The notes beneath the pieces were generated by a model. That model did no database searches and was not told where the DNA came from. It was given only the letters and a program-made list of their open reading frames with translations. A program made the translations under genes and the position numbers. 64,000 bases of DNA from Ascidiella aspersa (Eukaryota): assembly GCA_963924565.1 (NCBI GenBank), contig OZ004607.1, forward strand, positions 8,246,001 to 8,310,000. Direction: 5' to 3'. Positions 1 to 13,500 of this stretch are shown piece by piece. The first letter of the stretch is position 1. Every line of letters begins with the position of its first letter.

Positions 1-2961
1 TATATTACTCTGAAAACAATTTCGCTGAAATTGGAAGTCAAATTAAAATAGAATTTTAGCGCACAATGTTTTCACAAACTATAATAGAACTAGGCTTTAA
101 TTAGAACCAAGTCTTTTCAACAGTCAAGGTTGTGTTAATAGGTGAGTGGCAAATTTCAACCCAGAAGTTGGTGTCATTGTGTGAGCGTTCCAATAAAACA
201 AAGTGCTTTATTCACGTCATAAAAATCGTAGGCAGAGGTGTGACGAAAAATAAACATCATAGGTCATTAGGAAGCAGTAGGCAGAATTGCGCGAATGTTT
301 AACAAAACAATGCGTATTAAAAGTGTCATGATGGTAAGAGGTTACACTGTCACAGTGATACGAAATTATTCATATAAAGGTCATTGTATAAAAGTTCCAA
401 TAAAACAATGCGCATTTTTGGCGTCATAAATGTTAAATGTCGTGGTGTGGTAGGATTGTAGAATAAGTCGTAAAGAAATAGATTACATTGAGTAAATGTT
501 GGAGACGGTATAAAAAGAAATTAAATCAAGATTCATTCAAAATTATCGCAAATTGCCATTTACACTTTTGTACCGCCTTTGTTTTCCTAAAGGTCGCGCA
601 AAAATCTCCTGAACTTACAAGGAATCGTTCGCGGCTTCGCGGGCCAGAGTTATTTATCACTTAAATGTGTGTTCAGTTCTTGTGCACACATATCAGTCAT
701 CTACGAAAATTTTCCGTTTGGGCGATCACAGATTTTTTGAAAGACAAAAAAATAAAATATAATGTAAACGCGACTATTGCAAAAAACATTAATTACAGGT
801 TTTAAAAATAGTCGGGTCTGAAAAATTGTTATGTACCCAGTATATATAATTAGCTCTTTGTTGGTTCCGATTTTCACTTTTCCTATTTCCACCGATTCCT
901 ATATATTTCACATGTTTATTCAACTAAGAGGGAAAAACTTTATTTCTTGAAATAAACAGAAATACTTATTTCGCCAAAAACATGCATTAATTTGTGTGAA
1001 AACATGTAGGAGAACGCAAAACTTCTAAGGTTTGTATATATAAATCAGCTAAAACCATATAAAAATACCCCTGTCCTCATTCCTGGGGATTTTTTTCAGT
1101 CAATGGCGCGTTACTGCTGATTGCCCGTGGTGCTGTATTGCCGCCCGCTGATGTTGCAGACACAAAAATGCAAATTACAGCAGACGGACAAAAGAGATTG
1201 CGGCAAGAAGCAGCACGGGGCTCAGGCCAACGTTTATAAGGAATGCAAGGGAGCTATTGACATGCTGCAAAACCGCAAACGCCTCAAATTGCATTGACAA
1301 GGCAATCGTTTTGCCAATGATTGGCATTTGGAAAATCCTTTTTACGAGCATTTCTCACTTAACACATTACCGTGCTGCAAAGCGGTACTTTTTCCTTTTC
1401 TTTTAGGAAATTTCTTTTAAATGGGAGCATTACAAAATAGTTTTTCTATTCTGTGACAGATTGCGTAAGTTTTATGCATTTTTGGTGGTTTTCTTGTAAG
1501 AAGTAATTCCAACCGTTCGCGGACAGTTTGTTTAAATTATATTTTTTGTTGCGGCTAATGTTCGACGTTTTTTTTTATCTATTATTGTTTAGTTTAAAAA
1601 AACTTCCAAACAGTTTGAACTAACGTTTGTTTGGCAGCTGAATGGTGCGACTGCAAAATGCAAGTCATAAAAAAAGCAAAGGGAAAAAACAGTACTTAAA
1701 AGACGGAGTCAATCCAACTCTGAACGCCACGGGGAGCGTTTTACACCAGGTGGTATTTAACGCGAAAAAAAAACCCTAAGTTTTTTTTGACAATTACTTT
1801 ACGGGAAATAGTAAAAGAAGGGCAATCGGTCCGCCTAATCCAGTGGTTCAATTTGTGGGTTATGACCCCCAAAGGAGTAGTTTGTCAATTTATTGGGATA
1901 ATTTTACAATATTATAACAGATCTTGATTTTTGCCAAGCATTAAGTATAGTAGCCGGCCTTCTAATTGTTTAAATTTCAATGTTTATTTGAGTGCAAATT
2001 ATTACTTACGCCTAATGTTGTTTGTTGAATCAATTTATCCAAAATAAAACTTGAAATTATTCAAAAAATAGGTAATGTAAGTTCATTAGGTGCATCAGGG
2101 GAACAGGAACCGATGCCTTTTTTGCCCCAACAGTGGATTTTAGAATTACACTAAACCAACATGTGTACGAAAACGGATTGTTAGGTCGTTTGCTGACCAA
2201 GCAATGCAAAAAGGTTGGCAAACAGAGAGGAGAGACCTGTTATCAAGAGCGATACAAACGCGCGTGGGTAAATTTAATTAAGGCGTTAATTTATCGCCCA
2301 GTTCATACAACACGGTTTAAAATACAAACAGGAACACCGGCTATAGCGTTTAAATTACCCGGATTAATCGATGATATTTAATCGGTGGGTTTAATATAAT
2401 GTTTCTCAATATTAGAGAAATGTAGGAAAAAACTGAAAAGTATCCTCACAAGATATTAACCTAAACACATCGCTTATGTCAAGCGTTTTCTGGTGTAGTT
2501 AACTCCAAATAATACTGTTACAATACGATAAATTGTCTAGGTAGAATTTACAGTCATATATTTCAATTCCAATTGTAAAAGGGCGTCGAGCGGGTAATTT
2601 TAAGGTTGTTTTTCGAACTTTAGGGTGTCACCTACTAGCCTAAGTGTATATGAGCAACGGGAAAGATTTTGTGTTAAAAAAATTAGCAACAAAGAACTTG
2701 GACAGGGAAACAGAAAACCAAACGCTCGAGATCAAAAATGGTTGTACTTCTAGTTGAGCGGTGGTAAAACGGCCGTAAACTCTTTAATAGCGGAAAGCAC
2801 CGAAAGAGTAACTTGAGTTTTGTGTGAATGTGGTCGGTCGGGGCTAGAAAAGAGCGCTTACCTAACCTTGAACAAACACATTAACGACAAGCCAGGACAA
2901 GGTTTGCTTGGCGGTCGTGAAAGTAACGATTGGCAAGTTTCGGTCTTGCGTCAGGTTACAG

Positions 2962-3231
2962 CAGTATTTCTCAACCTAAAGGTCGCGACCCGAAATTCGG
3001 TCGCCACTGCAGTAGTTCACATATTTATTAAGATGGTTCTGAGATAGATTTCTTCAAAAATTTATGAAAATTGCGAGGGTAATATGAAGACGTAGCCCAC
3101 ATAAATAAAATTTAAAGTTACTAAAGCTACTTTTTACTTCTTCTTTGCACACTTTAAGTTTACAAAAAAAGTTAGGAAAATGTTAAATTAAGCTTATAGT
3201 TTTTTGGGTCGCCGCAGCAAAAGAAACACTG
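2962..3231. mobile_element. hAT (Buster-like) MITE
   Basis: CAGTATTTCT...AGAAACACTG termini; perfect 8-bp TSD GGTTACAG. Confidence 0.85.
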
Positions 3232-4371
3232 GGTTACAGGTTTAAACCGGTTTAAAAATAATTATAATTGAATCAAAAGGCTGTGTACAAGGGAACAATA
3301 ATTCAGGATCTGATTGTGACATAAATTAGTACTTGTTAAGACCAACTGGTGTAATATTTATCCTCAATATTTTTTCCTGGGGACCCCTGGGAAATAAATA
3401 AAATAATAGCCACATGCGGCATATCACAAAAACAAATCGTTATTGTAAAATACTATCGTTTGAGCACGTTTCAGCTGCAATTTTTTACGATTGTCTCATA
3501 ACTGCGACAACGCACAACTTAACTTCTAGCCACACTTCTCAACTCCTACAAATTAACTTGAGGATGCAAAATATCTGTCAATCATCCATTAAGCGCTAAG
3601 CCGAAACACCACACATGCAAGGAGGTATGCGATAATGTGGCAGGATATTTCATTTTCCCGCTTTGACATCGTTTATATTAAATCCTTATGCACAGAACAC
3701 ATCCCAAATCCCACAATGCGTCAAACGAAAAAACGCAACGCTTATTGCCGTCCAGTATACGTCACACGAGGGTCACAGTTACGTCACAGAGAAGCGTTTT
3801 AGACCGGGAGAGCAAAAACAGACTACAACAACAAATGTGGCAGTGCTGGAAAAAAATCACATAATAATGTCTGAGGGCCCAAATAAAGTACAACGTCGTT
3901 AATTCTTATCTAATTTGTGAATAGCTGATGAATTGATCTTGCGATTTAATTTCTGATTTTATTGAAATTACGGCTGTTTAGCAGTATTTAGTTCGAAGTC
4001 AGTTTCAGACAAGTTTTATCATGAATTTTTCTAAATTAAATTTTATAATTAAAGGTAGTTTACGTATTTAATTTAATATTTCAGTTATCGCGAAATTAAA
4101 AATGGCATGGTCTTGAAATTACGGAAAAGCTCATAAATTTTAACTGGAATATAATTGTAAAAAGGGGGAAAAAACTTGTGAAAAGTCACCCTCGATAAGG
4201 GCACCAAAACAAAACGATCGTACAATTTAAATTGGGAAAAGGTTGATTTCATCAAAGTCAATAGGCGCTAAAGGGGTTATTCTCCAAGCCCTGCTATCAA
4301 CTTCATTAACCAAAGATAACTCACCGGTAGGGGTATCTATTGTTTCAGCTCTACAATGTTTCGTAGCTCAC

Positions 4372-4549
4372 CTGGTTTATAACGGTAAGGGTGATGGTGC
4401 CGGCGAAAGGCCACGTCAGCAGGTCGTCGAATTCTCCCTTCATGATGTGCACGAATAGGGACAGGTGGGTCCCCTGGGCGTTTTCGACCCCATCCAGGTT
4501 CACCCTGATGCACATCCGGTACCCCTGGGGGCTCGTGTAGAAGCCGGGG
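4372..4549 (-). CDS. TRAF6: TRAF6 exon: MATH/TRAF-C core
   Basis: [42 protein letters not shown]; canonical splice sites. Confidence 0.93.
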
Positions 4550-7500
4550 CTGCAAACACAAAAAGGGATTTTAGGGGTATGTGGGTTAAGTAATAACCGG
4601 TTTACAAACACTAGGAAGAACAATGGGATACACGGATGGTGTCAAGACTCGTTCAATTTACTTCTTAACCCTGGGGCTTCTTAAAGCCGGGACTACAAAC
4701 TGGAGAGGGGCTTTTTATGGGGTTGCAAGATAAATAGCCTTGATACCACTTTATTACCGGCTAAAAAAATAAGTTAAATCAAAATATAAATTACCAATGG
4801 TTGTGTGGGTATTTGGACGGTTACCGAGGTAGTTTAAATCAATATATGATCACTTATATAATACGTGTATGGCTGTATGCCTACCCTAGCGAGCCAGGTA
4901 AACATACAAAATAAGAAGCCCCTAAGGCTATTTATTCGGCTAACAAAGGAATTTAAATGGAATAGAATAGAGAATAAACATGGAAATAATACAAAACTTG
5001 GGGAATTAAATTTATTAATACGTCTGTCCCAACCCAAATCAAGGTATAATCACTAATGAGTGTATGCGACGTCTGTCCCAACCCAAATCAAGGTATAATC
5101 ACTAATGAGTGTATGCGTGATCCAGACAAAAAGCAACTATAAAAAAAAATATCGGAACCGTTTGAGAATAGTGCTGTTTCGCTTTCGATTTTCATTCTGG
5201 GAAATATTTGTCGGCAAGATAATGCTAAATATATACACTTGTTATATATTTTTGATGCCATAAACGGTCGAGCCATGACAACTTTTGCCGAAAATACAGA
5301 TTTTTTTTCCAAAAAAGTGTTGAAATGCGTAGGAAGTCACGGGAAGTATTGAAATTTTAAATTTCAACACCATTTGTTACGTTGTAAAAAAAACTTAAAA
5401 CAGGGAAAAAGCAGCGTAAATCGATTTCAAATTGGCGGCGAAACCATTGAAACGTTTTATATTTTGCGAGAAGCGGCATTTGCATTGGTGCAGTGCGCAC
5501 GCGAGTATTTCGTGACCCAGGGACACCGGAAAAAAACGTTTCTATCTGAAGATCGCTCACGTTGGGAGCCTCGGTAAATAAACACGCCGGTTCGTGATTG
5601 ATTGGAAGGCGTTGGCCGACGCGCTTTGAAAGTCAAGGCCTTTCGAAAATAAATATGCATAAAGCTGCACCCAACGACCTTTTTTGGTGCGCGCATCAAC
5701 CTTATGGGATTGCATGCACGCTGCAAGGCTTGGCATATATATGGTCTTATAGAGGCTGCACAGAAAGGCTTGGTGTTGCTTCGAAACGTTGAACTCTACT
5801 TGAATGCCCGCAGGCGTTTCATCATGTAAGCAAATACGAATGTGTTTTGCGACAAGGCGAACTGTATTTCAAGAGAGCCGCTTTGAACGAAACTTTTTTA
5901 ACAGCAGCATTAAGAGTTAAAAAGTCAATTTACAGTTAGAGTCATCAGTTGCTCGAGCCAAGTACAAGTTATTGTTATAGCAAGTCCGCGGAGTCCTAAA
6001 GAAATTTTTGGTTCGCGCGGGCAAGGGCCGGCATGACATTTTTGAAGGTGACGTCATAAACCAACAAAATAAAACCAGTCGACTTAAGAAACCGACTGCT
6101 TTAGGTCCAACAAAAGTCAAACTAAAATTGGGTCTAAATACATTCAATGAGAAGTCACCAAAGCGTTTTTCCTATTATTTCAAACACACCACTATTTCAA
6201 TTAGGTCTTCATTGATCCCTCTAAAACTAGGACCCAAGGTAAAAAAATGATATAAGAAAATAACAAAAACGTAGCATATTTCAATAAAAATATTGCAGGT
6301 TCAAAATGAATTCAGTAAAAGTTTATTCGCAAAGGGCCCAGTGCTAACCTGTGCAAGACCGGTGTTTCCCCGGTTGAAGCTGACTTCCTTAGTTGTTTGT
6401 ATTCCTTGATACGCCAGTAGTATAGGCCGTTGCAACACCTGAGGACAAAAAGAGAATATGAGCCAAAACAGCGCTTTACAAAACAAAATAAATATAATCA
6501 AAAATGGGGAAAAGGGTTACTTTGATCTATTAAAGCACGGTTTGGCAAATTTAGCTAAAAGTCTTGTTTGCCTACAGGGTCATTTTTTATAACTTTTAAA
6601 TAAGACAAATAAAGCTTCGACTAAGATTAAAAAATGGGGTGTTCAATACGTTGTATTTTAATTCCACTGGCTAAATCTCAAGTAAAACGTTTACATTTTG
6701 GGACATATCAGGGTAATATGACAGTTCGGCTGAACAGTCCTATTTCGCAGTATGACAAAAATAACTCCCAGGGTTAAAAAGGTGCATTCAGCCACTAAAC
6801 AAACATAGCCAAAACGCTGATAATATTCAAGAATCGACGTGCGTGAGAATTAAGACTAGAGATTATAGCACTGACTGCCATCTGTTATCGGCCCTAACAC
6901 TACATTGGAATGCTCTTACTTCATGTGAATTTCTACCGTTTGAAATAATACATTTATTGCATAATCAGAAATAAAAATTAGTTAACCGAAAACAACGCCT
7001 TGAAAGCTAGTCGCATTAAAATCAAACCATGTCGATAAGCATTAAATGAGGATTACCATCCAATAAAATATCAAAACTGAGCATGAATATTTAATGCCGT
7101 CACAGTAATTTGCGTAAATGCGTTGTGAATCACTATTTTCGTCGCTCCAAAATGCAAATTGCTTTCAATCGATTAATCGATTAATTACAAAATGCAGCAC
7201 GGGCTTACAAATTAGGGCGAAAGACCTCAAAAGCAGAGGTTCCCAACGTGGACGGTACCGCCCCCTTGGGGGCGTTGGCGAGTTACAAGGGGGCGTTTTG
7301 AGTCCGTGTCTAGTTTTGGGGGCGCTGAATCAACTTAAGGGGGCGTTACATAAAACCACTTATAGGCTAAATTTTATAAAAAGTTCACATAAAAATAGTA
7401 ACAAACAGGACTGTAGGTAACTTTTAACCTTAAATACAGTTTTTTCCGCCAGCTTACGGCCCGCGACCTCTTTGGCAACTATAGACACGAGTCCATGACT

Positions 7501-10500
7501 ATTTTAACTTAGTACGGGCAAAAATTTTTCGAATGGTCTTTCTGCTTCCAGTTTGTTTACGTTTTCATGCTGTTTTTCCAATAGATTAGCGCTTTTTTAC
7601 CGTTGCGGACAAACGGAAAACGTATTCAAAAATATTACGACATATTATTTAACATTTTTTGATTTTTTTCGGCAATGTAATGAAACCTAGCACGAAATTT
7701 AAAAGAAATGTTGGTATACCCCCGAAAATTGCGCTTGCTTCGCTCGCAAGGTGCGCCAGGACTTGAAGACCTTAACAAACACTGAATGACACTATCTATA
7801 AACACTAAGGTTATCCCGTTTTCTCAAACTAGCTTTATTACACTTTTAATTAGTAGTATGGATGAAAAAACTCCGAGGTCCGCCTGATTCACAGTTGTTC
7901 TAACATTCCAATAACACAATTCTTAGCGGCCCACAGAGACCTTTCTGAGTCTGATTGGTGCCCCTGACAAGAAGTGGTTGCCGACCCCTGATTTAAAGTA
8001 TTGGTGCAGAAAGTTGAAAAAAATTTTTCCTGGTAATGACATAACCTGGTGAATTAATGTATCCATAAATTCCTATAGTGAATGTATGTTAGACAACCTA
8101 AAATATGACTGACAGCTCATCGAAACGAAAGTAAAGACAATAAGTGTTAGGCAACGATTAATATAATACTTTAAAGCAAGATGAGGTACTGTAAAGCAAG
8201 ATGAGGGGGGCGATATGAAATATTATTGAGCCCAAGGGGGCACTAGTGTCAAAAAGGTTGGGAAACACTGCCCTAAAGAGTTCAGTAACTCATATAAAGA
8301 TTTCTTTGATCGTCCAGATCGACAATTTTCAATTTCCGCAAATTTCGCCAAACTGAGCTATGTATTTCCGTTGCTAGGGTCGAAGCGTGTAATGTTTTTG
8401 CAGGTTCCGTCCGTTTTGATCCAACGGGCCTTTCAACGTCGTAAACGCGTGTCTTACGTCACAGTTCACGTGTTAGGCGTGAGGTCAGGCCCGGCGGTCG
8501 ACTTAGCTTCGACGTTACGAATGAGGGTTGGGCGTCACGCCCCCTTGAAAAAACAACACCACACCGGGCGCATTTGGACGACGCTAAAAGTCAAAAACCT
8601 GAAGATGAATGGCTTTTGTGTGTTTCAATGATCCGTTCGATTTAAATTGCGGTTTTGCTAAACGTCAGAAGGTTATTGATTTTGTTGACAGCGTTTACGC
8701 GCCCTTCCAATTAAACGAATAGTTTTGAACAGTTATTGTGTGACTATAGGTAAGTTGGGTAACTCGAGTCACGATTGAAAAACAGAACGGGCAATATTAT
8801 AGTGGTTCGTATAAAAAACGGCTCGTAATTGATTAAACTTGCTAATAGTGACTTTATGCTAGTTTCCGATATATATCTGAATAACTTAATTCGATCGACA
8901 TTCATTTGCCAAACACACACATTTCACATCAAATGTCTTTCGAAACATTAAAACTGCATGTTTTAATGTAAAGCCCATACAGAAGTAGATGGTCACAATA
9001 TTGAAACTAGAAAAATAATTTTTAGAAAAGTTCAAAATGCGTTACCTCTTATGTATGGGCTTAAATTCATACTATGTCTAATTACAACTGCGGTCACTAT
9101 GCTACAAAATGGGTATTTTAAGGTATTGGCGTTTTTTCTGCGTTAATTTAGACAGAAATATTTGACGTGCAAACAAAACAAAAAAAAAGAGATCGATGCC
9201 CTGCCATTTTTTGTCAAGAAAAAGCCAAGAGTTTGGCCGAGAGTTCTTTCCTCAGCCTATGACATTAATTATTCAAACAAAAGCAACGGAAACAATGCGA
9301 GTGTTGCGGCAACAAACGCCGGTTTGTGACGTCACCTCAACTCCTGCTGTTCGAGCTTGGATTCGACCGAGGTGATTTTGGTTGAGATTTCACGCATCTG
9401 AAGGACCTGGTTGTCCATCTTGGCCGAGAGTTCTCGAACATGGTGGTCCAAGCTGTAATAACGCGACACGATGTATCGTTAAATACAACAGAATAAAAAC
9501 GATAGTTGGGATGCAAGAAGGTCGCGCGGTTTGGTTTTGTGTTTTTTATTGTATTGCTTTTACTCTGTTTTGAAAAAAAACTGTTTCGTGATTACTTACA
9601 GTAAGCGTGTTTTCGCGATGTCGTATTTTGTTTGCGATCGACTCGTGAGTTATCTTAAACCTTTGGATAATTTTTGTACTTTTAGGACCAGTGGTTCTGT
9701 TTTTTAAATCAATCTGCATGCGGACATAATTTTCATTGACCCCATTTCATAAACAATAAAAGTAAAATATCACTATATTTCATCTCATATACAAAACACA
9801 ATTCGGGACATCTGTTCTAGACATTTTATCACTAATTTACAATGGGTTTTTATTAGTGAATATGAATTACAAAAATACTGTTAAAATTGTGCAGTTCAGC
9901 TATTCATGCATTTTTCCAGCAGAAAAAAAAAGTGAATTGTCTTGAGATACAATTCTAGAGCCGACAATGACCAAGTGACAATCTCACCTCACAATCTTCT
10001 GGTCGTGGTCGGTGTGCTTCTGCTGCAGGATCTGAAGGTTGGCGACGGTCACCCCGGCGGGGAGTTCCCCGGTGCCGTTAACCCCAGGCACGCGGGGGGA
10101 GGAGCCCGATGACGCAGACGATGACGTCACGGGGATGCCGTTTTCTTCGGCGTGTTTGTTGAAGGCTTTTATTAGGGCGATCTCGTCGTATTCGCCGTTC
10201 TCATCTTGGATGAGAAAAAAAATTGGTCAAACTTTCTACACCTTTAAAGCGCTTATTTATATTGTTTGAAATAAAATACAGAAATCAGTTATTTTTTAAA
10301 TCAAAATACAACGTTAAATAATAGAATTGCCTATAAAGTTATGTGGTGATGGTGAATCTTTGTACTATTTAGGTACCTGTGCTTAACTTTTGTTTGTGAA
10401 AGTTTGTTTTCAATCGTGCGTAATTTAGGCCCTCATTTACCGTCACCCTGACTAAACCCATTTGCGTTAAAGCGGCGCGAGGCAATCATGGGCAAAATCG

Positions 10501-13500
10501 TGACCGGATCCCGAATATGAACTTATAAATGCTTTCAAACAAAATAAAAACGCCAATGAAGCCACACGCCTGAATTTAACCGCTAAATAACTCGTGTTTC
10601 TGTGCCAAGTTAAGTTTAACGTATGTGCATGACAACGTATATGGCTGTATTTTGTTTAACGGGCCGAAACGGTATTCGTTCCAATATTTTTTCTAGTCAC
10701 GGAACCCATTTAAATATAATCTAGATTTTTGAGGCTGACCTTAACAAACATTTTTGCAAAACCACGCCTTAATTTATCGCGAAACTTTAATAAAACATTG
10801 CGTAGTCAAATTAACATTTAAACCAATGCCTAAACATAAATGCTATATTTAAAAACAGCTGCCTTACATACCAAGAAAATCCGTTGGTTTTCACTCTGGA
10901 AACACCCAACATTTTTACGGACCCATAGTGAGAAATTGGGGCAAGAGTTTAGGGTAATGGTTTACATTTTCATGTGTCAGACGCAGAAAAAGCACCAACC
11001 GATCACGATTAAACAATAAAAGGCTTTTTGATGTTGAAAATGAATAAAGGGATATTCGAAATATTCAAAATGTTACCTTCTTCCATGTTGGCTTTGATAT
11101 TGCTACAACTATAACCTCTAACCATTACGCTCCCAAAAAGCTCTGTGTTTTTATTTCAAGTAGCTGTTTAGGCCTATTTACTAGGGTCTGAAATTTAAGA
11201 TTTTCTTTTTGTCTCGAGCGCACTGAGAGCGCTAAATATAACTTTAAAGATAAAAACCCTTGGCAAAAAATAGGTTCGAAGCCGAAATAAATACACTTTT
11301 TTCAGTGGCAATTTTTTTAGAGTTCTTGACAACCACGGAATTGCCCTTTGTAACAAAGGCCAAGAAATCGTAAAAAGGCTAGAAATGCCACCGGAAGAGG
11401 TAGCTTTGGCGGCCAAATTGCCCCGTTCAGTTTGCAGGCTGCCAATTGGCGGATCAATGCAAAGAGGGTTAAAGTCAAAGCCGCAAAAAATCGATTTCCA
11501 CTTTAGCCTACTTATTGAATGGACGTGAACGAAATGCGTGAAAGGTCGTGATTTCGTGGAGATTGTCTTTTCGTGATTCCTGGTTTTGTGGCATTTTTTT
11601 GGTGCCCGATCCACAATTCGTCGTGTATATGGACACAAATAAAACAGCAATTGGGTGATCGAGGCGTTTTACAAGAACTAGTGAGAAAACTGCTTAAACA
11701 TTTTTGTCACGTTTATTGGAAGTTTTACGTGTCTAAATCATGGTAAATCTGGAGATAAAAAGTGCCAATTGTGGAATATCTAGAGATAAATGACATTTTG
11801 CTTCGTGGGTTGAAGTGCTATCACTGAAATCGGATTTTCAGTCATTTTACGAACTAAAAGACAACTCCTAAGTGACAACAACCAGCACGAAAACAGGCTA
11901 AAACCAGGACAAACGACAAGACATTGCTATTTCTCCCGCGGCAGTAGCTTGGAGAAAAAAATATACAGGTTTCAAAACCAACCAATGTAGTGCCAAGACT
12001 GGTGCAAATGCTCGCCCAAAAAACTTTGAATGTTTAAGGCTGTAAAGGTATCTGACCTGTACAAGGTAATAAGCCTACTACTGTAAAAGTTGTTTTCAAA
12101 CTGCAATAGTCCTTTAAGTCAAGTTACCACAAACACGGTTTCAACTAGAATTGGTGGTCCATTGTTACGTATCACTATCGAACAATGAAGCCTGTTTGAT
12201 TGAAAACAATAAAGTCGTGAAATGACTTCCCCCACAGGGTTTTAAAGCAATGCAGATACATCAAGAGAAACCTCATAATTCAAATAATTTAACAATCCTC
12301 TTAACCGATTTAAGCATAGCAAATAAAGACAAACTTCGCTTCGATATGGTGATTTCACCAAAAGGAGCAGAGAAAAGATAAATTTGCAAGCTGTTGGTCT
12401 AGCAGCAATGCCTGGCGCAATTCCATCAGCAAGTTTCGAAAGCAACAGAGTCGTGCTGGGTTCATGCAAATGCGCGCCTGCCAAGTCAGCAGGCCTCAGG
12501 GTGTTTTGGCAGTCTACTTATCAACGCATTTGTTTCGGGCAAAACCAAAGTTGTGCGCAGTAAAACAAACACAAATTTACGATTCACTGGTCTGAAAAAT
12601 CTATTTTAAACAAATGAAAAAAGCAGTAGCTTTCCAGTCTTTGCGCCCCCCTTGTCAACAGTGCAGTTTGTAACTAATAAAACTTGATTCTTATGGACAA
12701 ATGACTTGACTTGGCCTTTAAGCCATTAGGTCAAATAACCTGGACTGAAATTAAGTGTTTAAATCATTTTTTAATAAAATTGGGTAATTTATATCAATTT
12801 TTACACGAATTTGTTATTTTTCGTTAAGATATTGCTCATACACGGAAGTTTACCAGTTTTAACAGTTCGTTTTATTTTTATGCCAATAACTTGACCGGGA
12901 CTTGACGTACTGTTTTTTTGCAAAATACCAGAAGGGTGAAAAAGCTATATATAATTTTCTTCGAAATCACCATTTTCAATTGATGCCGATATGCACATAA
13001 ACAAACAAGCAATTCCGTACTACATAAGTGTATCGATTTGTAGGCTTGCAAATGAAGCACAGGAAGTAATTCGCTATAGCGAGCAACTTTTTTCTATGGT
13101 GGACGATTTGAAAGCGGCCCTTCCTTTTTCCATTCAGCAATAAGGCGAGATATAACACATATCACGGAAGCGTTAAATAGACTTTTATCGGGTGACCAAT
13201 TGTGTTTGCTTTGCTTATGGTTGAGTCAATGAAAAAGCTGTTGCATGTACGCGAAGAAGAAAACGGATTTTAACGTGGATTTCCCTTGTTTAGACTAAAG
13301 TTAACAGTTTTTGAACTTAGTGGCGACGAAGTTATTTGCTAAGTTGACCGCTTGGCAAGGCCATTTCAAGATGGGCATTGGTGAAAAAAAGTTCTATAGT
13401 GCTTTTTCTAGCAAATTATGGTAGTCCATTTACGTTCTTAGATTGACAATTTTTTATTTTTTTGTTTTAACGAAAATCTAAAAAATACATTTGTTGAAAG

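Noticed and set aside
185-450. ~105-bp degenerate triple repeat (CAATAAAACAA..GTCAT); also short duplications at 55860-56040, 56293-56460 and 50846-50875
   Set aside because: Real but ordinary decayed intronic tandem duplications with no link to a functional site.
1-4371. Final TRAF6 exon (expected FQRP...GFG...FIKDD-like peptide)
   Set aside because: I could not find it on the minus strand here; it is presumed to lie left of the window.
11195-11650. 151-aa ORF and other 60-125-aa ORFs in TRAF6 introns (e.g. 20965-21339, 26350-26688, 7118-7420)
   Set aside because: No recognisable domains, no codon bias and no consistent splice signals; some overlap MITEs.
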